Assembly (NCBI GenBank): GCA_047150005.1
Contig: AP038806.1
Coordinates: 1,408,001-1,472,000 of the forward strand
Length of the DNA stretch: 64,000 nucleotides
Direction of reading: 5' to 3'
DNA from: Nitrospira sp.
GTDB taxonomy: Bacteria > Nitrospirota > Nitrospiria > Nitrospirales > Nitrospiraceae
In this document: positions 51,515 to 60,179 of the stretch, one piece after another
Layout: each line of letters opens with the position of its first letter
How positions within the stretch are numbered: the stretch's first letter is position 1
The notes under the pieces: model-generated
What the model was told of the DNA's origin: nothing
Seen by the model: the letters and a program-made list of their open reading frames with translations, nothing else
The model's database searches: none
Program-made: the position numbers and the translations under genes

Positions 51515-52561
51515 CTAGTAGCCTATTTGATTCCAAAGTGTCTGCGGGTCATCCGAACCGGATTTCCCCAAGATCGACCGCGCCACGTCCGTGCGATCGG
51601 TGAAGAATCCGTCCGCTCCGCTCAGAGTCACCATCCACATTTCCCACCGTTCGTTGATCGTCCAGGGATGGACGAACAAGCCGGCCCGATGAGCCTGGCC
51701 CGTGTGCCAGGGCCAGGTAGTGAGATACCGTCTGGGGGCGGCCGAGACGGACCAGTACGGGCTGAAGGCCCACCTGACGCCCCACGTCCCGACGCCGGAA
51801 CCGACGTCCGACGCGATCTTCATCAAGGAGTCGAGCCCCTCCCGGCTCACCATGATCTCATCGAGCAGGAGCAGTCGAGGAACTAGAGGGGCGAGCGCTT
51901 TCAGTCGAACGAGGCTGTTCGGCTCGAACGACTGAAAAATCACACGGCCGGACGGTGACCCTTCGCGATCCTCGATCCACCCTCGTTTCCTGAGGGCAGC
52001 AACCAGCTGTTCTTCGATCCCCGGGAACCGGCCGGGGGCTTTCGTCTCGATATAGAGACCTGGACGCCTGGTCCCCGACTCCGCCACGGCGATGACCTCG
52101 TCCATCCGGAGGATCCGCAGTCCCTCAAACGAACTGCGCGCCCGATCGGGAAAGGCTCGATTGAACCAGGATCCCGCATCGAGCTGTGCCAGCTCCGCAA
52201 AGGTGAACATGTCTATGGTGTCTTTCTCGCGTCCGGGAAAGACGTCCGCCACGTTGGTCGTACGGGACAAATCGTCGTCGTGCACGACGACCAATGTGCC
52301 GTCTTTCGTCCGTTGAAGGTCGATCTCCAGATAGTCCGCGCCGAGCTCCCGAGCCATCAGATAGGCAGGCACCGTGCTTTCCGGAGCCAGATATGAAGCG
52401 CCACGGTGGGCGATGACGGCGGGACGGGGAATGTTCAGAGCCTTGGCCACTCGCTTCCCTCTGGTGGTTCCGCCCAGAATCCCGCAGGCTAACCACAGCC
52501 CTATGGCCAGCATGACCGCGGCGGACACGGCCACGAGCGATACCTTCAGACCCGGACTCAT
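51515..52561 (-). CDS. Glycerophosphodiester phosphodiesterase
   Basis: N-terminal TM helix, IAHRGAS, LEIDLQRTKDG, HD, YIETK, FQSF, FFTD. Confidence 0.92.
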   Translation of the reverse strand: MSPGLKVSLVAVSAAVMLAIGLWLACGILGGTTRGKRVAKALNIPRPAVIAHRGASYLAPESTVPAYLMARELGADYLEIDLQRTKDGTLVVVHDDDLSRTTNVADVFPGREKDTIDMFTFAELAQLDAGSWFNRAFPDRARSSFEGLRILRMDEVIAVAESGTRRPGLYIETKAPGRFPGIEEQLVAALRKRGWIEDREGSPSGRVIFQSFEPNSLVRLKALAPLVPRLLLLDEIMVSREGLDSLMKIASDVGSGVGTWGVRWAFSPYWSVSAAPRRYLTTWPWHTGQAHRAGLFVHPWTINERWEMWMVTLSGADGFFTDRTDVARSILGKSGSDDPQTLWNQIGY

Positions 52562-52679
52562 GACCGACTAGGTAGTCCTCTCGCCTCCACCCTGTCAAGG
52601 ATCCGTCCCGCCGCAATTGTGTCGGAGACGCCCGGAGGCGCTTGGTTTTCACGGAGGGAACCACTACTATGAGCCCACG

Positions 52680-52985
52680 ATGGAGACCCGGAATCAGACC
52701 TTGCGGCAACAGCTTTCTCTGTTGCTGACCGGAACGTTCCGGACCGCGCGGCAACTCGCCGAGCTGGCAAGCATCAGCGAGCGGCAGGTGGAGGAACACC
52801 TCGCGCACATCGTCAAGTCTCTGGCGCGAGACCGTTCCCGCCGGTTCATGCTGCGGCCGTCCGCATGTCATGACTGCGGGTTTACCTTCCGCGACCGGAC
52901 TCGTCTGACACGCCCGAGCCGCTGTCCCCGCTGCCGGAGCGAGGCGATATCCACGCCCGGGTACACGATCGAGACGCGCGCCTGA
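52680..52985 (+). CDS. Small HTH + zinc-ribbon protein (COG3357-like regulator)
   Basis: TARQLAELASISERQVEEHLAHI HTH; CHDCGF...RCPRCRSE. Confidence 0.8.
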   Translation: METRNQTLRQQLSLLLTGTFRTARQLAELASISERQVEEHLAHIVKSLARDRSRRFMLRPSACHDCGFTFRDRTRLTRPSRCPRCRSEAISTPGYTIETRA

Positions 52986-52989
52986 CCGG

Positions 52990-53006
52990 CTGGCATCGAC
53001 CTTGTT
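52990..53006 (+). promoter_or_regulatory. Putative sigma54 promoter upstream of sulP
   Basis: CTGGCATCGACCTTGTT: TGGCA...TTGT with correct spacing. Confidence 0.45.
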
Positions 53007-53084
53007 CTCAATTGTTTTGCCCGGATCACAGGGACTCGATGACGGTGGGGGCGCCGCGTGTCCTCGTCTCCGTGGTAGCAGTTC

Positions 53085-54656
53085 ATGACATCCCAGGCGT
53101 TTCGGCTTCAATTCCGGTGGGAAACCTTCGGCCACGATCTGTTGGCCTCGGTCGTGGTTTTTCTCGTTGCCTTGCCGCTGTGCATGGGTATCGCCGTGGC
53201 GTCCGGCGCTCCGCCGGCCACCGGCATCATCACCGGCATCATCGGAGGTTTGGTCGCGGGGGCGCTGGCCGGCTGTCCGCTTCAGGTGAGCGGGCCGGCC
53301 GCGGGCCTCACCGTCATCGTCTACGAGATCGTGCAGGAACAAGGCATGGAACGCCTGGCCTTGATCATCATGCTCGCCGGCATCATTCAAATGAACTGGG
53401 CCTGGCTTCAACTCGGTCAATGGTTCCGCGCGGTGTCCCCGGCTGTCGTGCACGGTATGCTGGCGGGCATCGGGGTGCTGATTTGCGCGAGCCAGTTCCA
53501 CATCATGATAGACGACGTACCAAAAGGATCGGGGTTGGAGAATCTGGCCACTTTGCCCTCGGCCATCTGGAAGGGCCTGGTGCAAGACGACAGCGCGCCG
53601 ATGAATCACCATCTCGCGGCGAGGATCGGCGTCCTGACCATTGCCGGCATCGTGATGTGGAATCTCTACGCGCCTAGGACGCTCAAAGCCTTACCCTCCG
53701 TCCTGCTCGGCGTGTCGCTCGCCACGGTGGCGACGGCGCTACTGGGCCTCGACATCGCTCATGTCAAGGTACGGGACAACCTCCTCACGATCATCAACCC
53801 TCCCACGCTCGAGTCCATGCGCAACCTGCTCGACCCTGCGATCCTCGGGGAGGCTCTGGCCCTGGCGCTGATCGCCAGCGTGGAAACCCTCCTGTCGGCG
53901 ACCGCCATCGACCAGCTTCACCATGGCCCGCGCACCCGCTATAACAAGGAGCTCTTCGCGCAAGGGACCGGCAATCTGTTGTGCGGGTTCCTGGGCGTTT
54001 TGCCTATGACCGGCGTCATCGTTCGCAGCGCGGCGAACGTCGAAGCCGGCGCGCGTTCACGCGCATCCGCCATGATGCACGGGGGTTGGCTGCTCCTGTT
54101 CGTGTCGTTTCTTCCGTTTATCTTGCGCCTGATTCCCACGGCCAGCCTCGGCGCCGTGCTCGTATTCACGGGCTACAAGCTCATGAACGTCGAGACGATC
54201 AGGGAACTCCGACGGCACGGTTCGAGCGAGGTCCTGATCTACGCCGCCACGCTCGGCACGATCGTCGTCACCAATCTGCTGACCGGCGTCCTCGTCGGAG
54301 TCGGGCTGGCCCTCGCCAAGCTGCTGTATACCACGCAGGATCTCGATACCGCCCTGGAGCACGATCCGTCGACCGGGAGGCTGACGCTCAATCTACAGGG
54401 AATCGCCACCTTCGTCAGCCTGCCTCGATTGGCGACGGCCCTGGAGAAGGTGCCGCCGTCCACGGACCTCGAGGTCCGATTTTCCTCACTCCGTCACATC
54501 GATCACGCCTGCTTGCAACTTCTCGAATCCTGGGCGAAACTTCACGCGGCGTCCGGCGGCCGAGTCAATCTGGACTGGGACAAGCTCAACGGGTTGTCGT
54601 ACCATGCGAGAAAAGACGTGCGCGCGGCCACCGGTTGGCGGAAATGGATTCACTGA
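53085..54656 (+). CDS. SulP/SLC26 anion (possibly bicarbonate) transporter
   Basis: VALPLCMGIAVASG, QVSGPAAGL, NKELFAQG.GN, TGVIVRS, STAS-like C-terminus. Confidence 0.92.
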   Translation: MTSQAFRLQFRWETFGHDLLASVVVFLVALPLCMGIAVASGAPPATGIITGIIGGLVAGALAGCPLQVSGPAAGLTVIVYEIVQEQGMERLALIIMLAGIIQMNWAWLQLGQWFRAVSPAVVHGMLAGIGVLICASQFHIMIDDVPKGSGLENLATLPSAIWKGLVQDDSAPMNHHLAARIGVLTIAGIVMWNLYAPRTLKALPSVLLGVSLATVATALLGLDIAHVKVRDNLLTIINPPTLESMRNLLDPAILGEALALALIASVETLLSATAIDQLHHGPRTRYNKELFAQGTGNLLCGFLGVLPMTGVIVRSAANVEAGARSRASAMMHGGWLLLFVSFLPFILRLIPTASLGAVLVFTGYKLMNVETIRELRRHGSSEVLIYAATLGTIVVTNLLTGVLVGVGLALAKLLYTTQDLDTALEHDPSTGRLTLNLQGIATFVSLPRLATALEKVPPSTDLEVRFSSLRHIDHACLQLLESWAKLHAASGGRVNLDWDKLNGLSYHARKDVRAATGWRKWIH

Positions 54657-54657
54657 C

Positions 54658-54897
54658 GTGAGACGTGGAATCAAGTCGATAGACGGGCGGGCGGCGGCCG
54701 TACTGGTGCTGATGTTTCTATGGACCGGTTGTACCGGCGACAAGCCGAAGGAATTGCTGCAGACCGCCGAATTCGAAGAACGGCAGATGAACGTCCCCCA
54801 CGCGAAGCAGCTCTACGAAGAGCTCGTCCGGCTATACCCGACCAGCCCTGAAGCGGACGTCGCCCGTTCACGGCTGGCCGCGATCAACCGCGATTAG
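54658..54897 (+). CDS. Small TPR-like lipoprotein
   Basis: Lipobox WTGC; AKQLYEELVRLYPTSPEA. Confidence 0.7.
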   Translation: MRRGIKSIDGRAAAVLVLMFLWTGCTGDKPKELLQTAEFEERQMNVPHAKQLYEELVRLYPTSPEADVARSRLAAINRD

Positions 54898-55690
54898 TCG
54901 GCCACGGTCGCGGAAACCATGGCACGAACGCACTCGTCGTCTCCTGATAGATCCGATATTCATCTCCTCGCCGCTTCAAGGCCTGCTGCTCGGCAGGCGG
55001 AATGCCCGTCACTTTCACTAACGCCCAGCCCATCCCCAAGGGCGCGAGCCAGGTGAGCAGCCACCCGGGCGAACCGATCGTCATGACGACGTAGGCCCAC
55101 CAGTGGAGCCATTCGAAGAAATAGTTCGGATGCCGTGAGTAGCACCAGAGCCCCGCCCGGCACACACGGTTGTGGTTTGCGGGCTCCGCACGGAACCGCG
55201 CGAGTTGATGATCGGCCACAGCCTCCCCTCCCACCGCGACGATCCAGACGATCATCCCGACCAACTCGACCAATCCGAACGGCGGGCGTGGATTCTGAAC
55301 GATGACCAGGAACGGCAAGGAGAACAGCGCGACGGCCGCAGCCTGAAGTTGGAAATAGCCGAGCATCTTTAGGTGTTCTGCCCGGCCCCATGCAACCCGA
55401 AGGCGGCGGTAGCGCGCATCCTCGACTTTGCCGACGATTCGATCGAACAGCAGGTACATCCCCAGACGCCCCGCATAGACCGACACCATCACGAGCGCGA
55501 CCGCCTTCCGCTCGACATCGCCCGACGCCTGGGCGGCATACCAACAGACGACGGCGATGAGACCGGCGCACCAGCCGACGTCGGCAAGCGAGGCATTGCG
55601 ATACAGGAGCTGAAGCACCCAAAGACCGGCCATCACCGCGACCATCGCGGCATAGGCGGCGAGGACCAGCGTGAGCGGATCGGGAGCCAT
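54884..55690 (-). CDS. DUF1295 (steroid 5-alpha reductase-like) membrane protein
   Basis: EDARY, ADHQLARF, GLWCYSRHPNYFFEW, YQETTSAFVPW. Confidence 0.9.
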   Translation of the reverse strand: MAPDPLTLVLAAYAAMVAVMAGLWVLQLLYRNASLADVGWCAGLIAVVCWYAAQASGDVERKAVALVMVSVYAGRLGMYLLFDRIVGKVEDARYRRLRVAWGRAEHLKMLGYFQLQAAAVALFSLPFLVIVQNPRPPFGLVELVGMIVWIVAVGGEAVADHQLARFRAEPANHNRVCRAGLWCYSRHPNYFFEWLHWWAYVVMTIGSPGWLLTWLAPLGMGWALVKVTGIPPAEQQALKRRGDEYRIYQETTSAFVPWFPRPWPTNRG

Positions 55691-55743
55691 CTATGTCCCC
55701 GCCGAACTGATCGCTGGGAACGGCTCGTCGCCGGTTCGTCCGA

Positions 55744-56616
55744 TCATGGCGCGGGATAATCCCATGGATCCCCATCCGACCCCCATCGTGTCAACCACTG
55801 GGCGAGGCCGGGCAGCTGAAACGATAGGAGCGTCTGAATCTTGTCGCAGCGCAGTGACAGGTCCGCGGGCCTTGGAGCCCCGACATGATCGCGTCCTGAG
55901 CCTCGGACCAGACGCCCTGTCAGGACCGGATAGCGGGAAAGCAGCAGTTCGCCGATTTCCCACCGTGACAAGCGCTCCGAACCGCCGAGATGGTAGAGAC
56001 CGGGGCGCCCGGCTCTGAGGAGATCCCACAAGGCCCGCGCAATCACGCCGGCCGGCAGCGGACAACGGAATTCGTCCGCATAGAGCCTCAGATCCTTGCC
56101 GGCATGGGCGGCCCGGCACATGTCTTCGACGAAGCTCCGATCCCCCGACTCGGAGGTGCCGGCGGTCAGTACGATCCGGACGACCGAGTGCCTCGGATTG
56201 CCGAGCACGATCTGCTCCGCCTCGAGCTTGGTCCGGCCGTAGACATTGATAGGGACGGCCTCATCCGTCTCCTCGTACCAGCCTCGTCTTCCGTCGAACA
56301 CCTCTCCGCTCGAGAGAAAGAGAAAAGGGATGTCGTGCGACAGCGCCGATAGGTGTGCCGTGACCTGCACGTTCGCCACACGGGCCGCCGCCGGATCCTG
56401 CTCGCAGTCCTTGGTCCGGCTCAACGCCGCGCAATGGATGACGGCATGGGGATTGAGCGTCTTCCACATCGTCTCCACGGCCGGGAACTCGGTGAGCTCG
56501 AGGTCGCGGCGGGTCAACGCTCGGATCTCCCAGTCGGGCGCCCAGCGGGAGACGGTCCGGACCAGATACTGGCCGATCAATCCGCCTGCGCCGGTGACGA
56601 TCGCGAGTGGCGCCAT
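55744..56616 (-). CDS. RfbD/RmlD-like NAD(P)-dependent SDR oxidoreductase
   Basis: TGAGGLIG, HCAA, VFDG, YGRTK, RPADLSL. Confidence 0.88.
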   Translation of the reverse strand: MAPLAIVTGAGGLIGQYLVRTVSRWAPDWEIRALTRRDLELTEFPAVETMWKTLNPHAVIHCAALSRTKDCEQDPAAARVANVQVTAHLSALSHDIPFLFLSSGEVFDGRRGWYEETDEAVPINVYGRTKLEAEQIVLGNPRHSVVRIVLTAGTSESGDRSFVEDMCRAAHAGKDLRLYADEFRCPLPAGVIARALWDLLRAGRPGLYHLGGSERLSRWEIGELLLSRYPVLTGRLVRGSGRDHVGAPRPADLSLRCDKIQTLLSFQLPGLAQWLTRWGSDGDPWDYPAP

Positions 56617-56626
56617 CGCAGCACTG

Positions 56627-58309
56627 TTATTGGCGGGTCAGCTTGCGATATCGGATTCGATGCGGCTGGTCCGCTTCCTTGCCGAGGCGTTTTTTGCGGT
56701 CTGCTTCGTACTCGCTGTAGTTGCCCTCGAACCAGACAACCTTACTGTCGCCCTCGAAGGCCAGAATATGCGTCGCGATACGGTCGAGGAACCACCGGTC
56801 GTGGCTGCTGATGACGGCGCAGCCGGCAAAGTTCTCCAATCCTTCCTCCAGCGCGCGCAGCGTGTTCACGTCGAGATCGTTCGTAGGCTCGTCGAGGATG
56901 ATCAGATTCGCCCCCTCTTTGAGCATGCGGGCCAGATGGACTCGGTTGCGTTCTCCACCGGACAGGTCCTTGACCTTTTTCTGCTGATCGGTGCCTGCGA
57001 AATTGAACCGTGCGCAGTACCCCCGCGCGTTGACTTCGACCTTGCCGAGCTTGATCGTGTCCTGACCCTCAGAGATCACCTCGTAGACGGTCTTGTTGCC
57101 GTCGAGGCTGCGATCCTGGTCCACATACCCCAGCTTGACCGTGTCCCCGATCCTGATCGTGCCGGCATCCGGTTTCTCTTTGCCGATGATCATCTTGAAC
57201 AAGGTGGTCTTGCCCGCCCCGTTCGGTCCGACCACTCCGACGATGCCGCCCTTCGGCAATGTGAAGCTGATGTTCTCATAGAGGAGACGGTCGCCGAAGG
57301 CCTTCGTCACGCCCTTCGCCTCCACCACGACGTCACCCAGCCTGGAGCCGGGCGGAATGAAGATTTCCAATTCTTCCGTCCGCTGCTCCTGAGCCTGATT
57401 GACCAGTTCTTCATAGCGGTTGAGCCGCGCCTTGCCTTTCGACTGGCGGGCCTTCGGAGACATGCGGATCCACTCCAGCTCGTGCTCCAACGTCTTCTTG
57501 CGTTTGGACTCCGCCTTCTCCTCCTGAGTCAGCCGTTCCTGTTTCTGTTCGAGCCACGACGAATAGTTGCCCTGGAACGGAATGCCATGGCCGCGGTCGA
57601 GCTCAAGAATCCAGCCGGCTACATTGTCGAGAAAATACCGGTCGTGCGTGACGGCGATCACGGTGCCCTTGTACTGCTGCAGATGCTGCTCCAGCCATTG
57701 CACGGATTCCGCGTCGAGATGGTTCGTGGGCTCGTCCAGCAAGAGGATATCCGGCTCCTGGATCATCAATCGGCAGAGGGCAACCCGGCGCTTTTCTCCG
57801 CCCGACAACGTGGAGATATTTTGATCCGACGGAGGGCACCGGAGCGCATCCATCGCGATCTCCAGCTCGTTTTCCAATTCCCACCCGTTTGCCGCCTCGA
57901 TCTGCTCTTGAAGCTGCGCCTGCTTGTCGAGCAGCTTCTCCATCTCGTCAGGCGAAGCCTCGCCGATCTTGTTGCTGATGTCCTCGTAGGCCTTCAAAAG
58001 GGCCACGAGCTCGTGCTTACCCTCCTCGACCACCTCTTTGACCGTCTTGTCCTGGTCCAGTCTAGGCTCCTGTTCGAGGAGGCCCACGCTGTAGCCCTTC
58101 GATCGGGTAATCTCGCCCGTGTAATTTTCATCCATGCCTGCGATGATTCTGAGCAGCGAGCTCTTGCCGGACCCGTTGAGTCCGAGCACGCCGATCTTGG
58201 CCCCGTAGTAGAAGCCGAGATAAATCTCCCGCAACACCTGCTTCTTGGGCGGATAGACCTTGCCCACGTTGACGAGAGAAAAGATGACCTGTTTGTCGTT
58301 GGTCGCCAT
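56627..58309 (-). CDS. ettA: Energy-dependent translational throttle EttA (ABC-F)
   Basis: Two ABC cassettes, [43 protein letters not shown]. Confidence 0.96.
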   Translation of the reverse strand: MATNDKQVIFSLVNVGKVYPPKKQVLREIYLGFYYGAKIGVLGLNGSGKSSLLRIIAGMDENYTGEITRSKGYSVGLLEQEPRLDQDKTVKEVVEEGKHELVALLKAYEDISNKIGEASPDEMEKLLDKQAQLQEQIEAANGWELENELEIAMDALRCPPSDQNISTLSGGEKRRVALCRLMIQEPDILLLDEPTNHLDAESVQWLEQHLQQYKGTVIAVTHDRYFLDNVAGWILELDRGHGIPFQGNYSSWLEQKQERLTQEEKAESKRKKTLEHELEWIRMSPKARQSKGKARLNRYEELVNQAQEQRTEELEIFIPPGSRLGDVVVEAKGVTKAFGDRLLYENISFTLPKGGIVGVVGPNGAGKTTLFKMIIGKEKPDAGTIRIGDTVKLGYVDQDRSLDGNKTVYEVISEGQDTIKLGKVEVNARGYCARFNFAGTDQQKKVKDLSGGERNRVHLARMLKEGANLIILDEPTNDLDVNTLRALEEGLENFAGCAVISSHDRWFLDRIATHILAFEGDSKVVWFEGNYSEYEADRKKRLGKEADQPHRIRYRKLTRQ

Positions 58310-58416
58310 AGGCTCCTTTGCCGGTTGATCAAAAGGGTTCTACCTTAGCAGACCGGCCGCCGGAAGCTCAATTCATGCCGGCCGCGTCACATCTCCCGAA
58401 GACGGAGGACGTCGCT

Positions 58417-58587
58417 TCAGATGCTCAGCTCTTCGGAGAGCCTGACTTCGGATTCATCGAGAATGTCTTCCAGGCAGGTGAAACAGGGGAAGGGGAACCG
58501 ATCGACAGGAAGCACGCACACTTCTCCAACGGCGGTGTTGGTTTCCAGCGCCGGGCCTCCGCACTCTTTATGAATCAGCGTCAACAT
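58417..58587 (-). CDS. Small Cys/His protein (56 aa), absent from the ORF track
   Basis: MLTLIHKECGGPALETNTAVGEVCVLPVDRFPFPCFTCLEDILDESEVRLSEELSI; starts 9 nt after the hydrolase stop. Confidence 0.7.
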   Translation of the reverse strand: MLTLIHKECGGPALETNTAVGEVCVLPVDRFPFPCFTCLEDILDESEVRLSEELSI

Positions 58588-58596
58588 GACGGCGCG

Positions 58597-59352
58597 TCAC
58601 GGTTGCTCGACGACCAGCCGACGTAAGAGGTCGATGTGCTCGGGACTGCTCAATCGATGGTCCCCGGGAACGAGTTGAAGATCGATAGGAAACGATGGAG
58701 CATGCATACGAAGTTGTTCGACGAACCGCCGGCTGCCATCCGGTGCGATCGCCGCATCCTCCAATCCATGCATGATGCTCGTCCTCACCGGTCTCAATCG
58801 ATCGAACGTCGTCTTCCAGACGGCCTCGCTTTCCTCGACCCACTTCCAGGAAAGCGGCCAGTCCTTGTGCAGGGGATCGTCATCCCACGGCATCGAGCCA
58901 AACCTGATCCAGTCGCGTCGACGCTGATCGGGGATGTCCTTTGCGCGGACGCCCATCATATTGAAGGCCGGCGCAATGAGAATCAGCCGATCGATATGGT
59001 CGAACTCCCGGGCCATCAACCAGGCGATCCAGCCGCCCAACGAATTGCCGACGATCGTGACGGGCGGCCCCTGCTTGAGCATGGACATCACGACCCGGGC
59101 ATCGTCCATCCAGTCCGAGAGACTGTAGTCCGTAAACATCCCTTCTGAATCTCCGAATCCTCGCACATCATAGCAACAGAATCTCCATCCGCGCTCCGCG
59201 CACCATTGGACCAGGGCTTTGCTCTTGCTTCCCCAGCGTCTGGACAGGAATCCTGTGATGAAGAGGACTTGGCGTCCGGCGCCCTCGGCGATATCCCCCC
59301 GGATCAATTTACCGTCGGCACCCTTTGCTTCGAAGAGATGGGTCGTCTTCAT
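58597..59352 (-). CDS. Alpha/beta hydrolase
   Basis: GNSLGG nucleophile elbow, HGLED, GDHRLS; ATGA overlap. Confidence 0.9.
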   Translation of the reverse strand: MKTTHLFEAKGADGKLIRGDIAEGAGRQVLFITGFLSRRWGSKSKALVQWCAERGWRFCCYDVRGFGDSEGMFTDYSLSDWMDDARVVMSMLKQGPPVTIVGNSLGGWIAWLMAREFDHIDRLILIAPAFNMMGVRAKDIPDQRRRDWIRFGSMPWDDDPLHKDWPLSWKWVEESEAVWKTTFDRLRPVRTSIMHGLEDAAIAPDGSRRFVEQLRMHAPSFPIDLQLVPGDHRLSSPEHIDLLRRLVVEQP

Positions 59353-60068
59353 GCTCGACTCAGGACGGTCGTCAGAAACGAACCTAACTGCCGAAGGACC
59401 GGTTCGGGAATTTCGTGGCCGCCCCGGAAACTCTGCCATGCGACCGCCAGCCCTGCCTGGATCAATTCGTCCCGCAGCCGTTCGGCCATCTCATAGGGAA
59501 GGATCGGATCCTGGGTGCCATGGCTCTGAAACACGGGTAAGCCCGCTCGCTTCGCGACGGCAGGCCGCCATTCATGGCGTGCCAGGAGCGTTCCGGACAA
59601 TTGTACAAGCCCGGCAAACGGGTAGGCCGTGCGCATGACCAGGTCGCAGGTCAGCATGGCCCCTTGGGAAAAGCCGCCGATGACGGTCTTCTGGTAATCG
59701 ATCGGCAGGACACGCGGCAGTTCGGTCAGCAGCTGTTCCATCATCTGCCTCGCTTGCGGCAGCCCTCTGGGCACCTCCGTGGAGAGGTCCCGCAGACGCC
59801 CGGCCGCACGGTCCGCCTCCAGTCGAGCCATATCGATCAACCACCAGGCCCGGGAATCTCCGTACCCGAAACTCAGCGAGAGCGGGCCCTCCGGAAAGAG
59901 AAATCGCGCGCCCTTGGGAACCGGCAAGACGCCGGCGAGGGGCACGAGATCGGTCCCAGGCGCGCCGAAACCGTGCAAGAGGATGACGACCGGCCCCCTG
60001 CCGCCGCCTTTCCCGTCCGTTCCGCCTGTGATGCGGACGTCAAGATCACCAACGCGCTCTCGCCTCAT
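59349..60068 (-). CDS. Phospholipase/carboxylesterase
   Basis: LHGFGA, GFSQG, HGTQD, GGHEI. Confidence 0.92.
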   Translation of the reverse strand: MRRERVGDLDVRITGGTDGKGGGRGPVVILLHGFGAPGTDLVPLAGVLPVPKGARFLFPEGPLSLSFGYGDSRAWWLIDMARLEADRAAGRLRDLSTEVPRGLPQARQMMEQLLTELPRVLPIDYQKTVIGGFSQGAMLTCDLVMRTAYPFAGLVQLSGTLLARHEWRPAVAKRAGLPVFQSHGTQDPILPYEMAERLRDELIQAGLAVAWQSFRGGHEIPEPVLRQLGSFLTTVLSRA

Positions 60069-60179
60069 CGGTGAACCACTCTATGACGAGCGACTCCGCA
60101 CTGCAAGGAGCCTCGCCCCGCTGCGGCGTCAAAAGGAGCTGTGTCGTTGACCTTGGAGGTTGCGATATGCGATGTGCGA

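Noticed and set aside
56246..58348. 700-aa plus-strand ORF opposite ettA, and similar ones opposite mfd, sdh and tldD/hpnR
   Set aside because: Antisense shadows of well-conserved genes in GC-rich DNA.
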